Shown here piece by piece: positions 60,350 to 64,000 of a stretch of 64,000 bases of DNA. Position 1 is the first letter of the stretch. Each line of letters starts with the position of its first letter. Made by a program: the position numbers and the translations under genes. The notes under the pieces were generated by a model. It ran no database searches, had not been told where the DNA came from, and saw only the letters and a program-made list of their open reading frames with translations. Location of the stretch: NCBI GenBank assembly GCA_004764695.1, contig SMSO01000031.1, positions 5,122,436-5,186,435 of the forward strand, given 5' to 3'. This DNA comes from Schizochytrium sp. TIO01. Taxonomy: Eukaryota; Protista; Bigyra: Labyrinthulomycetes.

Positions 60350-63000
60350 GTATGCACAGACAAACAGCGCAGAGTCCTGTTCCACCATGGCCTACACGCA
60401 TGCCATCTTTCTCGTTCCTGCGTCTAGAGCTGGCGTCCAGCTCACCAGCTGAGGTCCGCTAGTCCTCCCGGCGCACGTCCAAGGCTGCCAAAGAAGTGCC
60501 GACACCAAGGAAGGCCGAGTGACCTTGCACTGAGACGCACTGCAGAGCGCCTACATCCATCCCTCCCTGGCACTGACTAAGAAAACTCATCCGCACCTAA
60601 GCGGAGAGCGGGAACCTCGTTGCGCCAGCGAGCGAACACCGTCTAGCATCGCACGAGCGCGGAGCCGAGCGGCCTCAAATCGCACCCACTGCTGCTGCTG
60701 CTGCAGAGTGCCGAGAGAGCAGCGCCATGCACTGCGCCGTGGACACGAGGAGCGCACTCTTGAGCCTGCGTAATTGTCTTTTATCTCTGTGGTCAATATA
60801 ATGAATGCATAATTCTTTCTTTCTTTCTTTCTTTCTCTCTTTTTTTTTTTTTTTTTTTAATTAATTGTTTCCCTTTAAATACATCTGTATATAAATGCAG
60901 TCAAAAGCTGTAGTAAAACAAATTCTCCACAATCATTCATTGACATTCATGACATTCATGACATTCATTGATTGATTGATTGAATGGTTCATTCATTCAT
61001 TCACTCCGGCAGCAAACGACAATGGATCGCCGCACGCGCCCGCCCAGTAAAAGCCTCCTTCACTGTAGTAATCCAATAACACAGACTCAGAAGCAAAGAA
61101 GCAAAGAAACAACACTTGGCGCCTGAACGCCCAAGTCGTGAGCATGCACACTGATGTGGTGCGAAGGCGATGAAATGCTGATGCAGCAAGGCTGAGTGGG
61201 CGGGCGGAAAAGACTGCGATCTGCGTTTCACGTTTACACTGCGATTGCAATTGCAACCAAGCTGACGGAGTGGTGTCGCACGCACGGTTTTGCTCTCCCG
61301 CCCAATCAATCGCTCAGGCACTCAGACACCCTCTCACTGGGTATGTCTGCATGTATCAGCAGAACCTCAGCAATGGACCCGAGTGACCGGAGTGCGGACC
61401 AAGAGCTGACGATCAGTGAGCAGGCAAAGAACCGATCGTTAATCAGAAGTCAATCAATTTATCGACAGATTGATAGATCAATCAGACAAGACAAGAGAAG
61501 AGAAGACCCTCCGACTCCCTCTCCTCGAGAAATGCCGGTTGATGGCTTTCACGAAGAAACACCCGCAAGACTGACTGACTGACTGACTGACTGACGGCGT
61601 TCATCAGAGAGCACGAGGTGCCTGAAAGAAAGCAGACATAACGCGTAGCAACAACAGGCACGCACGTCCAGTTTTGCTTGTTGCCGTGAGCGGGCGGTGT
61701 CAACCACTCTCGCGAGTTGCAACCAACCACGGCTAAGAGTGCCTGCCGTGAGGAGTGAATGCAAACATGCAAACAAACAAACAAGCAAAACAAAACAAAA
61801 CAAAGCAAAACAAAACAAAGCAAAACAAAACCAACCAACAACGCGTGCGCTCACTGAGACCCCGAATCGAGATTATTGGACATCACCTTTTGCACTAACA
61901 CTTCGGAACTTCTGCGGAAGAATGAGCAGAGGCACAGTAGTAGCTGCCTAACAGTATCTAACCCGCTCATCCCAAGTTCTCACTTAAACAATCAATTAAA
62001 AAATGTTAATTCTATAAACATATATGTATTTGCATGTGCCACTTCTGTTGCTACAGCTTAGGCAGCGAGCGATGAATAGTTTGTTAGTTACCCACGGACT
62101 CCAGGCGGCTCAGGAACGAGCAAGAGGCAGCGCCAGGTCCAGCGCTCGACGCAGTGACCCTTGCACGCATGCGCTGACCAGGCCGCCTCTGCCGACCGAG
62201 GCTTCAGCGCCGCTCTCGCCGCACCGCGAGTGCGCTGGCGGAGTGCCCACACTAGAGGCGCTTGCACTCCGGAGTGCGACGATGGATGGATGATTGACGA
62301 AAGTAACTCACTGCGCAGCACTCAGCCGTGGCGGTCCTTCGTGCGTGCGTGAGAAGCCACTCGGCTCCACGGACCCCCGCGCAGACGTCCAGAGGCGCTG
62401 GCAGAGCGGAGGCGGGCGTGGCCAGCTTGGACTCTTCGGCTGCTCGTGTCGAGGTCGCTCATTCATTGGCGCTCCCAGAACAAGAGAGAGGCAAGCAACT
62501 AACTTCTACTGAGATCGACGTGAGCAATCGCACGCTGGGCAGTGCGACTCGCCCGCTCTCTCGCTCGCTCCCTTCATCACCTGCAATGAAGGCCAGAGCT
62601 GCGCAGAAGAGAGGCCTCGACTCAGAGAGTGCGTGCAATCAATCATTCATTCATTCATTCGCCGTCGCAGTTTTTCGCTGTATAATTTTCTTTGCATCGC
62701 AAAAAGGGTTGCTCCATATTGGCCCTGGAGCAGTAGTCACTTAGTTACGACTCGGTTGCTGGGGCAAAGAACCTGGGAAGCGAAATCGCAGAGAGGACCG
62801 ACCTTCCTTCCTTCGTGAGATGCGGATGGAGAGGAGCAGAGGCTGTGGCGGAGGCACTGCTCGCGCGAGACGACGCCGCCTCGCCACGTACTTTGCCAAA
62901 GCAGAGCAGCGACGGCGTTGAACTCTTTTTATGAACTCTCTTGTTCTCTCTCTCTTGAGAGTCTTCGTTTCTTCTTATTAATTATCTATGTATCTTCCGG
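60350..63000 (+). mobile_element. Decayed Ty1/copia fossil X (protease to RNase H), GC-rich
   Basis: 'FLVP' ~60408; 'LCG(P)' ~60785; 'ML..A.L..WA' ~61175; 'DP....C' ~61376; RT 'LDI' 61876, 'SDPCTH' 62153, 'WMIDE' ~62286; RNase H 'D..WG.E...KSQRG' ~62749-62797. Confidence 0.7.
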
Positions 63001-63389
63001 CGTCTGTGTTTTGTGTTCGTAGCTTCTGGTACTTTTTCTTTTTCCCTTCTTCTCAGACAGGTCTCTTGAATTAATACAATATCTGGAGGAGTCATTTTTT
63101 AATCAATCCTTTGTAGCCTTGATTTTTTTTTTTTTAAATCAATATATCGACCACTTTTTTCTTCTTTCTTTTTACGTATGTTAAATTAATTTGCGAAAAT
63201 TGTATCCCCTCTCTTTAAAATAAAATTAAATGAAACAAAAATAAACATTCAACTCAAAAGTGAAAACTTGATTTAGATTTAAAGAAAGTGAAGAAGCTAT
63301 TTCATAAAACTTTTCGTGCTTTTGAAGTGAGAAAAAAAAAGTGTTATTGTCAACAAAATACTTAACAATTCTATTGAAAGTCGCACTTT

Positions 63390-63560
63390 CTCGCCCCAAC
63401 TCTCGTGTTATTAATCAACGATACAAGAAACAATGAAAAAAAAAAGGACCTTTTGAATGCGCGTTCTCAGACTCCCCAATTTCTTTCTGCTGCCGTCGAA
63501 GCGATATCACTTTCTTCTTTTATGGTCACACGCTCTTCTTCTCTCGCTCTCTTTTCTTTT
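63390..63560 (+). mobile_element. Decayed Ty1/copia integrase fragment Y
   Basis: 'LLNA...PQFL(W)AAVEA' ~63450-63503 then 'FYG..(P)' ~63518; the array appears to continue past the window edge. Confidence 0.35.
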
Positions 63561-64000
63561 GCTTTCTCTCTTTCTTTTCCTTCCACCTTTGCGCGCTGGT
63601 TTTTTTCTTCCTTCACCTTCTTTCTTTCTTTCCTTTTCTTTCCTTTTCTTTCTTTCTTTTCTTTTCTTTGAGATCATTTCTAATATGCTCCTGCTTCCTC
63701 TTCTTCTTGCTTTAACGCATTCACTTTTCTATTACTTTAAAAACATTCTTTTTCGTCAGGTGATGTTGAGTGATTCATTCGAAGAAACTTTTATTTTATT
63801 TATTCACTTTTTTAAACATACTTTTTAAATGAAATACAAATAATAACATATAAACCTCACTGTTGATGTTCAATTTAAACATAATTATCACCTTCCCTGC
63901 TAGCTCGCTAGACATTTCGTTAGTTAGCTTTAAAAGTTTTTTAGTTAGTTGGGAAGTTGAGCATAGAGTTCGTGGGTAGAAAAAGAGCAGAACAGCAAGC

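Noticed and set aside
9092-63828. The many 60-150 aa ORFs in the track as real small genes
   Set aside because: Those with protein-like character on + are copia fragments (e.g. 27328, 28524, 34268, 40496), and minus-strand ones are their antisense frames; no independent gene evidence.
1-64000. tRNA, rRNA or snRNA genes
   Set aside because: GTTCG(A)-like hits (e.g. 11181, 33006, 56968) lack cloverleaf context; no recognisable rRNA or snRNA signatures by eye.

Overview
Eukaryotic, microsatellite-rich DNA; the style suggests a stramenopile such as a thraustochytrid, but that is inference only. The first ~8.5 kb holds three genes: an ARID-domain protein (-), a NUDT5-like ADP-sugar Nudix hydrolase (+), and a ~1,500-aa PH/multi-IQ/WW protein (-) broken by two 1-bp deletions. 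The remaining ~55 kb (~8.6 kb to the window end) has no credible ORF and looks like a gene desert. Hand translation allowing frameshifts shows it is almost entirely a head-to-tail stack of about 25 extremely decayed Ty1/copia LTR-retrotransposon fossils. Every one I could read is on the + strand with gag / Zn-knuckle / protease / integrase / RT / RNase H order preserved. The copies are mutually divergent, shrunken by many small deletions and invaded by microsatellites, with AAAC tracts recurring at the same RT codons in several copies. This one-directional array is the main candidate for an undescribed system: a centromere, a flamenco-like transposon trap or small-RNA locus, and/or an indel-based decay process. 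Element boundaries are approximate (about +/-100-200 bp) and all motif reads were made by eye, not by HMM search. In motif strings, residues in parentheses are consensus residues restored across a substitution or indel.
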